Positions 46,259 through 56,323 of a stretch of 64,000 bases of DNA are shown in pieces. A program made the translations under genes and the position numbers. Each line of letters begins with the position of its first letter. Position 1 is the stretch's first letter. Below the pieces are notes generated by a model that saw only the letters and a list, made by a program, of their open reading frames with translations, was not told the origin of the DNA and ran no database searches. The stretch is from an uncultured Candidatus Saccharibacteria bacterium (lineage in GTDB: Bacteria > Patescibacteriota > Minisyncoccia > Phycocordibacterales > Zambryskibacteraceae). Location of the stretch: the NCBI GenBank assembly GCA_964446535.1, contig CAYUOR010000001.1, positions 71,283-135,282 of the forward strand, read 5' to 3'.

Positions 46259-48577
46259 CTAACCTCCTATCTCGTCTAGAAATGAAGTGTCCCCTTCTCT
46301 TAGTGATTCAATAATGTTTTCTACGTCAGCGTTACCCGGATTAGTGCGTGTCAGAGATTCAAACTGCTCAAGTGCTTCTTCTAGACGTCCGAGTTGTGCC
46401 AAGGTAAGTCCTAGATAGTATTGCGCATTGGCATAGTCTGGAGTGATGCTGAGCGCCTGTCTAAAGGTCCTTTCGGCGCCGGCATAGTCACCCACGGAAT
46501 ATTTCAAAACTCCGAGTTCGAAATAGACACCGGGGTTATCTGGTGTAAGAAGCGAAAGCTGCTCTGCCGACTCTATCGCCCCCTTAGTATTACCAGCCTG
46601 TATTTCAAGTTGAGCAAGGAGAAGGTGGGCATCGGCATAGTCCTGCTTAAGAGCTATAGCACTTTTAACTTCCGAAATAGCCGAGTCCCTGTCGTCATTA
46701 TTAAGCTCAAGCTGAGCTCTAAAGAGGTGTATTTCTGGATTCAGGGGATTAAGTTTTTCCGCTTCATCATAAGCGAAGGAAGCGTTCTCATAGGCGCCGG
46801 AAACAGAGAGTGGGGGCGGCACAAGGGCGCTGTAAATTAAGCCGAGAGAAATCCAGTTTTGGTAGCCAGACGGATTGACTATGGTTGCCTGTCTTGCCGC
46901 TTCAATACTTTTACGCAGTGATTCTTCAAAAATCGCCTGGTTTTCCTCAGGAGTACCTTCGGTCGCATTTACCGCATTCTGAGCTTTGACGAAATTAATT
47001 CTTGATAGAGCTATATAGTAGGCATCGGTCGGTATTGAAGAAATTGATTTGTTTACCAGGCTCTCCACCTCCTCAAGTTGCGTCCCGGAAACATTGGCAA
47101 GATCAACCGCCTTTTTAAAGTGGAATGCGGCGGTGGTCCTTGTATAACTTGACCAGCCAAGATAGATAGTGCCAGCGAATACTGCAGCCATAAGTACAAG
47201 AGAGACCGCCTTGTTTCTCGGCATATCTTTAAGATTCAGTAGGCGAGAATTCAAAACATGAGAAACTTGGTTTGCGGCAAGAAGAAGGCCAGAGAAGATA
47301 AACGCGAAGACCAACACCGTGGCGGACGGAGCGTAAACAAAACTTGCTGTCCAAAGGAAAAGAACAATAAAGGCGATAGATATCGTGCTAAACCGTTCTG
47401 CCCTAGATTCCGTAAGACGCATTAGAGACTTTATGACCAAAACAAGCAGAGCAACAAAGAAAGCCAGCCACGCGACTGTGCCTAGGGCTCCCGTGGTAGG
47501 AATCTGAGTCGGCAAGAAGCCGACACCGAATGGGAAGCTAATCGCCCAGAATGGGGTGGTATTAATTTCGGCTGTCTTATAAATAAGCCAATCACGATCG
47601 AAGGTATTAGGCCCAGATCCAAGGAAACTTTTCTCAAGAAGAACCGCCTTCGAAACACCGAGGGTAGCTGAGAAAGAGGGTCTGACATCGACATTTTGAA
47701 CATTGAAGGTGTTGGCGACAACATCACCCAGGGCGCCACGTGAGTCGGAAATCGTCGGGTTTATAAGGAAAATAATGGAAACAATACCAAGAACAATGGG
47801 CAGAAATAGAGGTCTGGTAAAGAAGTTGCCGCCTTGTGGTTCGTTGTTTGCAAAGCGTTTTTCAAGTCTTGAGAAGTAGAGAATAAGCAGAGCGGAGGCG
47901 GCGAGCGTTAGAGCAAATGCGACCGAGAAATTGATCACAACCATAAGGAATAGCCCCAGGAGAAAGGCAACATAAACAAGAAGACGTGCCGAGAGCTTCA
48001 TGGGTAAGAGTCCGATAGTGAGAGCGGAAAACGAGACAAGCAGACCGAAGACGACAGCTAGATCGGTCCAGCTACCTATAGGATTTCCCATATTGCCGAA
48101 GAAGTTGCCGAAGACAAGAGCCTCGCCCCCAGAGATAATTTTTACGAAAACGAAGAGCGCTAGTACCGATATGGAGAGAAAGAAAGCCACAAGTGCTTGA
48201 AGAATCCTTGAGGTATCAGCGTAAATAATGCTGAAAAGAACTACCAGAAGAGCTCCGATAAGAATGTAACCGAAAGTGCCGACTTCAAAATTGTATCCTA
48301 GAAGTGATAATGAAGACGGGGTGGAAATAAAAGCAGAAACAAAATATACAATCGGAAGAAATAGAACCAGAGCCACAATAGGATGCCAGGGAAAATTTAT
48401 TCTACCTTCGCGCCAGGTGCCAAAGAGAAACAAAATAAGCGCTACAACCGTGCCGAGGACAAGTAGTGCTGATTTGGCGGCACCGAGACCCAGAGCCGAA
48501 CCGGGAACAAAAAATAATGGTAAGAGAAAAATAAAACCAAGAGTTACAAAGAGAGCTGACTTATTTGTCTGAAGCAT
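46259..48577 (-). CDS. O-antigen ligase (Wzy_C)-like polytopic membrane protein with C-terminal TPR repeats
   Basis: ~12 TM N-terminal half, large loop, C-terminal ~5 TPR units ('YFELGVLKYSVGDYAGAERTFRQALSITPDYANAQYYLGLTLAQLGRLEEALEQF'). Confidence 0.55.
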   Translation of the reverse strand: MLQTNKSALFVTLGFIFLLPLFFVPGSALGLGAAKSALLVLGTVVALILFLFGTWREGRINFPWHPIVALVLFLPIVYFVSAFISTPSSLSLLGYNFEVGTFGYILIGALLVVLFSIIYADTSRILQALVAFFLSISVLALFVFVKIISGGEALVFGNFFGNMGNPIGSWTDLAVVFGLLVSFSALTIGLLPMKLSARLLVYVAFLLGLFLMVVINFSVAFALTLAASALLILYFSRLEKRFANNEPQGGNFFTRPLFLPIVLGIVSIIFLINPTISDSRGALGDVVANTFNVQNVDVRPSFSATLGVSKAVLLEKSFLGSGPNTFDRDWLIYKTAEINTTPFWAISFPFGVGFLPTQIPTTGALGTVAWLAFFVALLVLVIKSLMRLTESRAERFSTISIAFIVLFLWTASFVYAPSATVLVFAFIFSGLLLAANQVSHVLNSRLLNLKDMPRNKAVSLVLMAAVFAGTIYLGWSSYTRTTAAFHFKKAVDLANVSGTQLEEVESLVNKSISSIPTDAYYIALSRINFVKAQNAVNATEGTPEENQAIFEESLRKSIEAARQATIVNPSGYQNWISLGLIYSALVPPPLSVSGAYENASFAYDEAEKLNPLNPEIHLFRAQLELNNDDRDSAISEVKSAIALKQDYADAHLLLAQLEIQAGNTKGAIESAEQLSLLTPDNPGVYFELGVLKYSVGDYAGAERTFRQALSITPDYANAQYYLGLTLAQLGRLEEALEQFESLTRTNPGNADVENIIESLREGDTSFLDEIGG

Positions 48578-48631
48578 GGAACTTATAAATTAAAACTTGT
48601 TAATGATTATATTTTAGCATATAATATTCGC

Positions 48632-49046
48632 GGTGTCGGATAGTTGCTCCGAGGAAACTTGGGGAGGAAAGTCCGAACATTCACTCTGAGGTGTCGCACA
48701 TGTGCAATCTCAGAGAAAGGTAGCAGGTAACGCCTGTCGGGAGCGATCCCAGAGGTGCGAACAGAAACGACCCGGTTTAGTCCGGCTGAAACGGCAAAAT
48801 CCTTACCCGAATGCAAGGCCGTGTCCCGATGCAAAACTCGGGAAGTGCCGCTAGAGCTTGACGGTGACGTCTAGCCCAGATAAATAACTATCGCCAATTT
48901 TGTTCACCGCAGGTGATTACAAAATTGAGCGTCTCGCCGTAGTCTTGACGTAGGCGGACCCGCTTCCGCTAAAGCTTCAGCGAGGTACTCAGTTTTGCGA
49001 CACCTTCGGTGGGCAAAACTGGTACAGAATTCGGCTTATAGACACC
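48632..49046 (+). ncRNA. rnpB: RNase P RNA, bacterial type A
   Basis: conserved blocks 'GGAGGAAAGTCCGaac' (P4 5' strand), 'GCAGGTAACGCCTGTCGGGaGCGATCCC', 'ACAGAAacGAcCCGG', 'ACAGAATTCGGCTTATAGACACC' (P4 3' strand / 3' end); P1 GGTGTC...GACACC pairs the ends; no ORF support. Confidence 0.7.
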
Positions 49047-49049
49047 AAG

Positions 49050-49083
49050 CTACCCCGACGCAAGTCGGGGTAGCTTTATTTTT
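49050..49083 (+). terminator. Rho-independent terminator of rnpB
   Basis: stem ctaccccgac / gtcggggtag, loop gcaa, followed by ctttatttttc. Confidence 0.7.
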
Positions 49084-49101
49084 CAAAAATATTTGGAAAT
49101 A

Positions 49102-52100
49102 CTACTGACCTGTTGAGTAAGCCGATCTCGACTTCGGTCCGAAGTAACCGCTTGAAGGCAAGATTGCCTTAGCTCTCTGCCACCTGATTACGGCGGACTG
49201 AGTTGCGGGACCGAAATAAGTACTCTCATTCCCTACCGAGCCAAGACCGGAGGACGAAACGGTAAAGCCCTGGGAGTTAAGATACTTCTGGAGACAGCGC
49301 ACATCCTCACCGGATGAACCGAGAGTTAGGTCTCTAGTAAAGGAACACGTTCCTGAAGGCAGGCCGGCCCCCTGAGAGATGAGAAAATTTATGAGGGTCT
49401 GAAGCTCTAAGATTTTGGCTGTGAGGATTGAGATCTGCTGGGCTTCAGGGAGCGAGTTGAAGTTTGAAGGTAAAACACCAATAGATGACGGGATAGAAAC
49501 TGGGCTACCGCCTCCACCACCGCCACGTCCTCCACCGCCCGAAGAGACTGGCGGATCTTGAGGCGTTGGAATCGGCGTTGGCGGGTTAATAGATTCTGGG
49601 GCGGTGAAGCTTACCGTGGCCGGATCAGAATAGTTTTCCTGATCGTCGTAGACAAAGAGTGAGTAGTAATAGACTGTTCCGGGAGTAACAGAAGTATCGG
49701 TAAAGCTAGAGCCAGTGACTCGAGCTACTTCAAAATTCGCATCGTATTGATTGAGGTAGCCGGTGGTGGAGCGCAAGATTGCCACACCAGAGTAGCCTGT
49801 GAAAGATATTGGACTCCAGTTTAGGATGATAGAGCCAGGTGAGGCTGTGACTAGGTTGATTCTTGGTGGCCGACTTCTTACGGTGAAGGTGGTGTTATTG
49901 GAAAGCCCAGTAAGGTTGTTGGCGACTGATCTTGCTCTGGCATTGTAGCTACCAGAATTAAAGCCAGAAACAACAACCTCATGAGAAGTTCTTAAGATGG
50001 TGCTCACAGCCGACTGGGTCCCATAAGCAGTGGTTGCGCCGTATTCAACTTGAGATGTTGCCGGTCTATCCGTGTTCCACCTGAATCTTGCTTCTCCTTG
50101 TCTAACTTGAACCGAGAAATTTGAAACAGTCGGCGCTGCAGTAATCGGCGGTGCGGACGCCACCGTGACAGAGGTACTTGTATTAGAATTTCCCCCACTT
50201 CCCGTGCAGGTAAGGGTGTATGTGGTGTTTGCGGTTGGTGTTACCGACTGCGTTCCGCTTGTGCTCTTCGTACCACTCCAGCCGTTTGATGCTGTGCAAC
50301 TCGTGGCATTTGTTGAACTCCAGGTGAGAGTGCTTGAATTGCCAGAAGTGACTGACGTCGGGTTAGCCGAAAGAGAAACGGTTGGGGCGGGGGTTGGTGA
50401 TGGTGGCGGAGGCGAGGTCTGACCGCCAGAATTGTTGTATGTTGGTAAGGCTGATTCAGAGGTCGCCATGGCGAAATCATCCATATACATCCATGTGTCC
50501 CTATTACGATAGAGACGGCTGTCCACGAACTCGCCCCAGGTTGTGGGCATTCTAAGAATTCTGTGTCCTCTAGACACCTGCTCAGGTGGTAGTATCCAAT
50601 TAAAGTTCGGTGTAACACCGTGGATCCATTCGGCAACCTTAACCCAATCCTGTCCGAGTGGTCGTATCCACGCCTCATACTTCCCTGTGCCGTCAGAGGT
50701 GTCCATATGGAGCTTAACAAGTTGCCAGCGGTTCGGGGTAATAAATTCATTTCTATTTTGCTGATACAGTTTCCATTGATCCCAATCGGGTTCGGTCAAT
50801 ATATCCGCGCCAGTACCAAGATTTTTCATAAAGGCGCTACCAGTATCGTAACTTTCAGGAGCAGGATTATCTAAGACAAAGAGCCAGTTGTGGTATTGGC
50901 CGGTACCCGGGCACGGATAAGACCTATTGCACGGATAGATAAATTTGCCACCAGTAAAACCGCTATTCTGAAATTGATTCTTGTTAATGTATACCCAGAA
51001 CTGGAACCAAACGTTGCTAGGAATATAGTTTTCAAATTCCGTACCATCTCCTCCCATCTGAAGATAGAAATCAGTTTGGCCATTCAGGGTTGCTGATAAG
51101 CCTTCTATTGCGAGAGCGCGCGAACCGCCACTTGGAAATGGGCTAGTTGTTCCGGGAATATTTGTAACGGTGTATAGGTAACCACCAGCACCTCCAGGCC
51201 TTGTTGTTTCGTCTTTAAGTCCGGTCCAACCAGCTGATGTAAAAGCGGAAGCTTTCGTCGCTCCAGAATCAAATTTTCCTACTGGATACTCAAAGTTATC
51301 AAATAAGAGGAGACCTGATGGTGTTGGTGCGGGCGGTGTTGGTGCGGGCGGTGTTGGTGCGGGCGGTGTTGGTGTCGGCACGGTCGTCACCGTAATAGAA
51401 GTATTAGCGCTGGCACTCCCTCCACTTCCCGTGCAGGTAAGGATGTATGTGGTGTTGGTGGTGGGCGTTACCGACTGCGTTCCGCTTGTGCTCTTCGTGC
51501 CGCTCCAGCCGTTTGATGCTGTGCAACTCGTGGCGTTCGTTGAACTCCAGGTGAGGGTGCTTGAACCGCCTTGAGTAATTGAAGTTGGATTGGCCGAAAG
51601 AGAGACGGTTGGGGCTGGTGTCGGCGATGGAGGTGGTGGCGGTGCTGGGTCGGTATAGGGGTTGAGGAAGTCATCTGCAACCCAGCCGTCAAAAGAGGTA
51701 TCAAAGTTAATTCCCCACCACCAGTAATTTGTGCCAGAGAGAGATGCGTAAGTGGGTCCGCCGGTAACAGTACCAGTCGCACCAGAGGGTTGTGTACCGA
51801 GCGAGGTACCGGCTGCTGTTGAGCGGACATTCACCGTTGCGTTCGTCTGAATACGACTACCAGTAGTAAAGCGCGTTGGCGGCACAATTTGTGTTGGCGG
51901 AGGAGGTGGAGGTAGTGGCGTAGAGCCGTATGTCGGCAGGGCTGATTCTGAAGTCGCCATGGCGAAATCGTCCATGTAGAGCCAAGCATCGTAGTTCGTA
52001 TTATCAGAGAAGTTGGCTGTGCCCCAAGTGGATGGCATTCTCAAAACTCTATGCCCGCCCTCAGAACCACTGGGAATGTCCCAGACGAAGCCGGGTGTAA

Positions 52101-55100
52101 CTCCGCCAATCCATTCGGCAACCTTTGTCCAAGAACCTCCCATAGGTCGAAGCCACATTTCCCAAGAGTTACCAGAGGTTCTCGTGGTGTTGAAATGCAT
52201 TTTCACCAAGGTCCAGCGGTTTTCCCTCGGCCACTCGGAAAGAGTTTGTTGTCCGATGTTGCCGGTAGAATACGGATCGTAATTTGGTCCAGTGTATTCA
52301 ATGTTACTTAACCCTGCCGATTCAGTGAGACCAAAAAGCACATCACCTTGTGAAGGGTTGCCAAACGGCCACGGATCCATAAGCGGACGGTCAGCACGTG
52401 CCGCTGAGTGGGCAATCCAGAGATGGCTGTGACAGCCGTAGCTTCCGTTGCATGGATAAAGGAATTTGTTGCGTGCAGCAAATCTTGAAAGTTGGCTTCC
52501 ATAATATTGTGGATATACCCAGAATTGGAACCAAACGTCACCTGGGATGTAGTCGTCGTAAGCCGCAGAGGCACCACCACCGAGTTGTAGATAGAAATCA
52601 GTCTGATTCCTGTAAGTACCAGGACCTCCGGAGAAGTCGCCCATGGTCGTTGGCAGACCTTCCATAAGTAGTGCCCGTGAGCCAGTCCCAGGAAATGCGC
52701 CCGTGTATCCAGGGATGCTTGTAACTGTCGAAAGGTAACCCGATGCACCGCCGGGTCTGGTTGTCTCGTCTTTAAGATCTGTCCAGCCAGCCGATGTAAA
52801 CGCAGAAGCTTTGGTAGCGGCGGAATCAAACTTACTAACTGGATACTCAAAGTTATCAAAGAAGATAAGTCCGGAAGGTGTTGGTGTCGTAGTATTAGAA
52901 ACCGTTACGGAAACTATAGGAGAGGTGGCCAAGTTCCCTGCTGCATCTCTCGCCACTGCCGTAAGATTGTGCGTACCATTTGTGGCGGAGGTGGTGTTCC
53001 ACACAATAGAGTATGGTGCCGTGGTGTCCTCTGCTCCGAGATTTGCTCCGTCTAGTCTAAACTGGACGCCTACTACTCCCGTGTTATCCGAAGCGTTGGC
53101 AGAGACTGTGACGGAAGAACCAGAAACCGTTGAGCCACTAGAAGGCGTACTAATAGAGACCGTTGGAGGAGTTGTGTCCGAGGGGGAAGGCGGTGCTGAC
53201 GATGCGGGTGGTATATCTGTCGGCCAACCAGGAGTAATACGAAGTCTGTCGAGTGCGACATACATCTGGCTAAGAGACGAGCCGAGAGCCGAGCCGCCGA
53301 CCATATCATCCCAGTAACCAAACAGGGGTGAGAATAGACCGTAGAAACCGTAACCAGGATAAGGATTCAATCCCTGACTTTCACAACCACGGGCAGCCCT
53401 TGATACATTCGTAGCACCCTCGGGTCTGTAATAAATAGAGATGCATCTGTCAGCTGGGTTTGAAGACCTCATATCAACAACAAATGCCATCCAAACCCAC
53501 TGATCCGCATACGGTCTCCAGTCCTGACTATCTACGACATCTGGTCCAGCCCCACCAGCAAGAATCGTCCAGCGTGGTGGATTTTCTCCGAAGTGTATTC
53601 CATTTCTGTTTCCTTCTGCTCCTGTGCTAGTTCGATATTTAAAGTCTAAGGTTTTATTTCTGTGAGCCCAGAAACCGCCACTTGTATTGTCTATCGCGTT
53701 AAGAAGAGTGGCGGGCATTTTTAGCATAAAGGAGAAGACGGTAAAGTTATGATTGCCACCGGCAAACGGCGCTGTCTCAACGGGTGCCCAACCAGCGCTG
53801 TCTTCGTTGTCGGTGCACGTCGCACAGGGTTCTGGAATTGCGCGCCAACCGCCGGACGGACCGTAACCGTAATTTGCGCCCCACTCCATCCTTACAAGTC
53901 CGGGTTGAGACAAAACGTCTGACGCAACCTGCGTTTCATAATCTCTTGAATATAGAACGGTGCTCGTCTCTGGCAGACCGTCAGGGTTATTGGCGGTACC
54001 GACACTTGGCGGTGGGGGTGGCGGTGGAGGAGGTGCGGATGAATTGGAGACATTTACCACGATATTGGCCGAGGTTACAGTGTTACCTGAAGTGTCTCTA
54101 GCAATAGCGGTGATGGTGTGGAAGCCATTAGAAACGCTTGTGGTATTCCAGCTTATAGAATACGGTGATGTGGTATCTTCTGGACCTATGGATACCGTAT
54201 CAACCCTAAACTCAACACCAGCAACGCCAACATTGTCTGAAGCGTTGGCTGTAATACTCGTTGTACCAGAAACGGTAGCGCTACTTGCTGGTGAGGTGAT
54301 AGAGACACTCGGTGGTGTTGTATCAGATGGTGGAGGAGGCGAAGAAGGTGGTGGTGTAGAGCCGCCACGCGCAGAGATGGCTCTTAGTTTGAAATAGTCA
54401 TGCTGTCCATCAAAAGTTGAAATAGAGGCACGACCGGCGATAGCGCCGTTGTCGTTAGTTAAGCCGGCGATCCTTGTCGCACTTGAGTCGGTGAAAGTTA
54501 TCTGCGGACTCGAGTCGTTTCCAATCCAGCCGGGGTCGCCGGGTTTCGTCGGACCGTGGTCAACTACCCAGATGTTAAGTGTGACATTCCCGCCGACCCC
54601 ACCCGATGCTGCCAAACGCATTGTATAAAAATTTCCGCCAGTAAAGGTAACTGGTATAGCGAAGGATTGAACGTTGGTGCGCGCTCCGTTGTTATATCGT
54701 TGAATGATTACTCCCCCGTTTTCAATAGTCATACCGTAACCGTTATCGACGCCAGCGTTGTCCCACCTGACACCGGGACCAACGAGACGTGTCGAGGTAT
54801 TTGCGCGCGCCGTCACCTGTGCCTCATGATCAATGCTTCCCGGAGAACTCGTGTAGCGGATTGCTACATCGTTGTCGTCAACAATATCGAGATCAAAGTT
54901 TACCGAGTCCCAGGTCGCACCCTTTATTTCGTTAACCCAGCGACCGGCGTATGGATTGGTATTAAAGTTGTCAGAATATTCGGCAACTTGCGCGAAGCTT
55001 GTGTCAGCATCAAAGCGCGCCAGACTGACAGAGAGCCACATCAAAGTAAAGGAAGCGAAAAGGAAAAGAGCCCAGTGGTAGTGAGAGTGGTACTCGTGCT

Positions 55101-55161
55101 TATGCCAGTCGGCATAAGCTGGTGAGGATTCCAAGAGCTGTTGATGCAATTTCGTCGTCAA
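49102..55161 (-). CDS. Giant cell-surface protein (2019 aa): N-terminal TM anchor, Ig-like domains, two ~380-aa duplicated modules, PT-rich linkers, two FN3-like domains, Gly-rich spacer, C-terminal PG_binding_1 domain
   Basis: N-terminal 'HYHWALFLFASFTLMWLSVSLA'; 'DTTPPSVSITSPASSATVSGTTSITANASDNVGVAGVEFRVD' Ig-like, twice; duplicated modules beginning 'TPSGLIFFDNFEYPVSKFDSAATKASAFTSAGW' and 'TPSGLLLFDNFEYPVGKFDSGATKASAFTSAGW'; '(PAPTP)n'; 'SSGGGGRGGGGGGSP'; C-terminal 'VRCLQKYLNSQGFTVSSSGLGSVGNESTYFGPATQSAVIRWQ'. Confidence 0.6.
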   Translation of the reverse strand: MTTKLHQQLLESSPAYADWHKHEYHSHYHWALFLFASFTLMWLSVSLARFDADTSFAQVAEYSDNFNTNPYAGRWVNEIKGATWDSVNFDLDIVDDNDVAIRYTSSPGSIDHEAQVTARANTSTRLVGPGVRWDNAGVDNGYGMTIENGGVIIQRYNNGARTNVQSFAIPVTFTGGNFYTMRLAASGGVGGNVTLNIWVVDHGPTKPGDPGWIGNDSSPQITFTDSSATRIAGLTNDNGAIAGRASISTFDGQHDYFKLRAISARGGSTPPPSSPPPPSDTTPPSVSITSPASSATVSGTTSITANASDNVGVAGVEFRVDTVSIGPEDTTSPYSISWNTTSVSNGFHTITAIARDTSGNTVTSANIVVNVSNSSAPPPPPPPPPSVGTANNPDGLPETSTVLYSRDYETQVASDVLSQPGLVRMEWGANYGYGPSGGWRAIPEPCATCTDNEDSAGWAPVETAPFAGGNHNFTVFSFMLKMPATLLNAIDNTSGGFWAHRNKTLDFKYRTSTGAEGNRNGIHFGENPPRWTILAGGAGPDVVDSQDWRPYADQWVWMAFVVDMRSSNPADRCISIYYRPEGATNVSRAARGCESQGLNPYPGYGFYGLFSPLFGYWDDMVGGSALGSSLSQMYVALDRLRITPGWPTDIPPASSAPPSPSDTTPPTVSISTPSSGSTVSGSSVTVSANASDNTGVVGVQFRLDGANLGAEDTTAPYSIVWNTTSATNGTHNLTAVARDAAGNLATSPIVSVTVSNTTTPTPSGLIFFDNFEYPVSKFDSAATKASAFTSAGWTDLKDETTRPGGASGYLSTVTSIPGYTGAFPGTGSRALLMEGLPTTMGDFSGGPGTYRNQTDFYLQLGGGASAAYDDYIPGDVWFQFWVYPQYYGSQLSRFAARNKFLYPCNGSYGCHSHLWIAHSAARADRPLMDPWPFGNPSQGDVLFGLTESAGLSNIEYTGPNYDPYSTGNIGQQTLSEWPRENRWTLVKMHFNTTRTSGNSWEMWLRPMGGSWTKVAEWIGGVTPGFVWDIPSGSEGGHRVLRMPSTWGTANFSDNTNYDAWLYMDDFAMATSESALPTYGSTPLPPPPPPTQIVPPTRFTTGSRIQTNATVNVRSTAAGTSLGTQPSGATGTVTGGPTYASLSGTNYWWWGINFDTSFDGWVADDFLNPYTDPAPPPPPSPTPAPTVSLSANPTSITQGGSSTLTWSSTNATSCTASNGWSGTKSTSGTQSVTPTTNTTYILTCTGSGGSASANTSITVTTVPTPTPPAPTPPAPTPPAPTPSGLLLFDNFEYPVGKFDSGATKASAFTSAGWTGLKDETTRPGGAGGYLYTVTNIPGTTSPFPSGGSRALAIEGLSATLNGQTDFYLQMGGDGTEFENYIPSNVWFQFWVYINKNQFQNSGFTGGKFIYPCNRSYPCPGTGQYHNWLFVLDNPAPESYDTGSAFMKNLGTGADILTEPDWDQWKLYQQNRNEFITPNRWQLVKLHMDTSDGTGKYEAWIRPLGQDWVKVAEWIHGVTPNFNWILPPEQVSRGHRILRMPTTWGEFVDSRLYRNRDTWMYMDDFAMATSESALPTYNNSGGQTSPPPPSPTPAPTVSLSANPTSVTSGNSSTLTWSSTNATSCTASNGWSGTKSTSGTQSVTPTANTTYTLTCTGSGGNSNTSTSVTVASAPPITAAPTVSNFSVQVRQGEARFRWNTDRPATSQVEYGATTAYGTQSAVSTILRTSHEVVVSGFNSGSYNARARSVANNLTGLSNNTTFTVRSRPPRINLVTASPGSIILNWSPISFTGYSGVAILRSTTGYLNQYDANFEVARVTGSSFTDTSVTPGTVYYYSLFVYDDQENYSDPATVSFTAPESINPPTPIPTPQDPPVSSGGGGRGGGGGGSPVSIPSSIGVLPSNFNSLPEAQQISILTAKILELQTLINFLISQGAGLPSGTCSFTRDLTLGSSGEDVRCLQKYLNSQGFTVSSSGLGSVGNESTYFGPATQSAVIRWQRAKAILPSSGYFGPKSRSAYSTGQ

Positions 55162-55465
55162 GGTTTGTACTTAGATTTTAGCAAGAAATTTATAAAACCT
55201 TAGGTAAAATCATGAGATTTTTACCCGATTCTCTTATTTAATTCCGGTTAGATTTTGACGAAAGAGTATTCCAACCAAATTTTGTTCCAAGTTTTAGTGA
55301 TTTGAAATTAGTTAGTATGTTGCGTTTCTCCTTATTAATGTTTATAAAGGTTCATTAAGAACAAAATTTAGAAAAATAACTGGGTATATGGGGTGAAAAA
55401 TGTTTAAAATAGCTAAAAATTAAGTCACTTTTTCACTAAAAAAGATATCCACAGTTATCTAGAAT

Positions 55466-56320
55466 TTACCTAAAATTCACTCCCCCTCTAACACTTGTAC
55501 CGCCTCTTATTTTTACTGGCGGGATAGAGGCGCCTCCCTCATATTCCGTCCAGCTCGTGATATTCATTTTGTTCTCTAGGGGCTCACTGTAGTCAGAAGC
55601 AATAAATATATTGTCCAAGTGGTGGTCAAATGTACCGCCAGCACCTAAAGAATCTCCAATTCGCAACACATCCAAACCCTGCGGTTGGTCAAAGTTCGTG
55701 GTTAGGTTCTCAAAGGCATGTCGCAGTGAACCGTTGTCATTATAAACTTCTATACGCATATCGCTATTCGGCTCGTCCCACCTAGCGACGAGAAAATACC
55801 AGGTATTCGTCTGTAGATCAGCATCCGTTGTAGTTATAGAAACATTACTGACACCCGCTCGACGCACTCTAAGCGTAATTTCTCTCCCAGTTGCATCGTC
55901 AGTTCCGGCGGAAAAAATAGCAATATTGTTTGCTGCCTGACCAGTTTGTTGCGCCAAAAAGTGAAAATGGCTGACGTTCCAAGTTACATATCTAAACCAG
56001 AAACCTATGGCGCCCTCAACGTTGCTTATAATGTCATTACTGCTTACCGCAAACTCGGCATAGGAGTCATTGCTGGCTGAGTCAAGACCGTTGGTACCAA
56101 TTTTAACCGCATCGGTATTCAGGGCGGCACTAGCATTAAGTGTTGCCGTGGTATCTCCGGCGGAGAAGTCGTGTGTGCCGTCAAGTGTCGTCCCCTCTGC
56201 CCGCCAGAAAAATGTAACACTATTTACCGCCTCTACTCTGTTGAAATACGCGACGCCGAGAAGGAGTAGGGCTAGAGCAATGCCAGAAAATAAAAGCCAG
56301 TTTGTTTTATAAGTCTTCAT
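55466..56320 (-). CDS. Secreted ConA-like lectin/glucanase (LamG-like) domain protein
   Basis: signal/TM 'WLLFSGIALALLLLGVAYF'; beta-rich 'GAIGFWFRYVTW ... WYFLVARWDEPNSDMRIEVYNDNG' as in LamG jelly-roll. Confidence 0.45.
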   Translation of the reverse strand: MKTYKTNWLLFSGIALALLLLGVAYFNRVEAVNSVTFFWRAEGTTLDGTHDFSAGDTTATLNASAALNTDAVKIGTNGLDSASNDSYAEFAVSSNDIISNVEGAIGFWFRYVTWNVSHFHFLAQQTGQAANNIAIFSAGTDDATGREITLRVRRAGVSNVSITTTDADLQTNTWYFLVARWDEPNSDMRIEVYNDNGSLRHAFENLTTNFDQPQGLDVLRIGDSLGAGGTFDHHLDNIFIASDYSEPLENKMNITSWTEYEGGASIPPVKIRGGTSVRGGVNFR

Positions 56321-56323
56321 TTT

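Noticed and set aside
48607-48834. 75-aa minus-strand ORF
   Set aside because: Lies within the RNase P RNA gene
50241-53321. Multiple 80-190-aa ORFs on both strands inside the 2019-aa giant gene (for example 50241..50750, 52308..52859, 52811..53317)
   Set aside because: They are alternative frames of a GC- and repeat-rich coding region; the single 6-kb frame has coherent domain architecture
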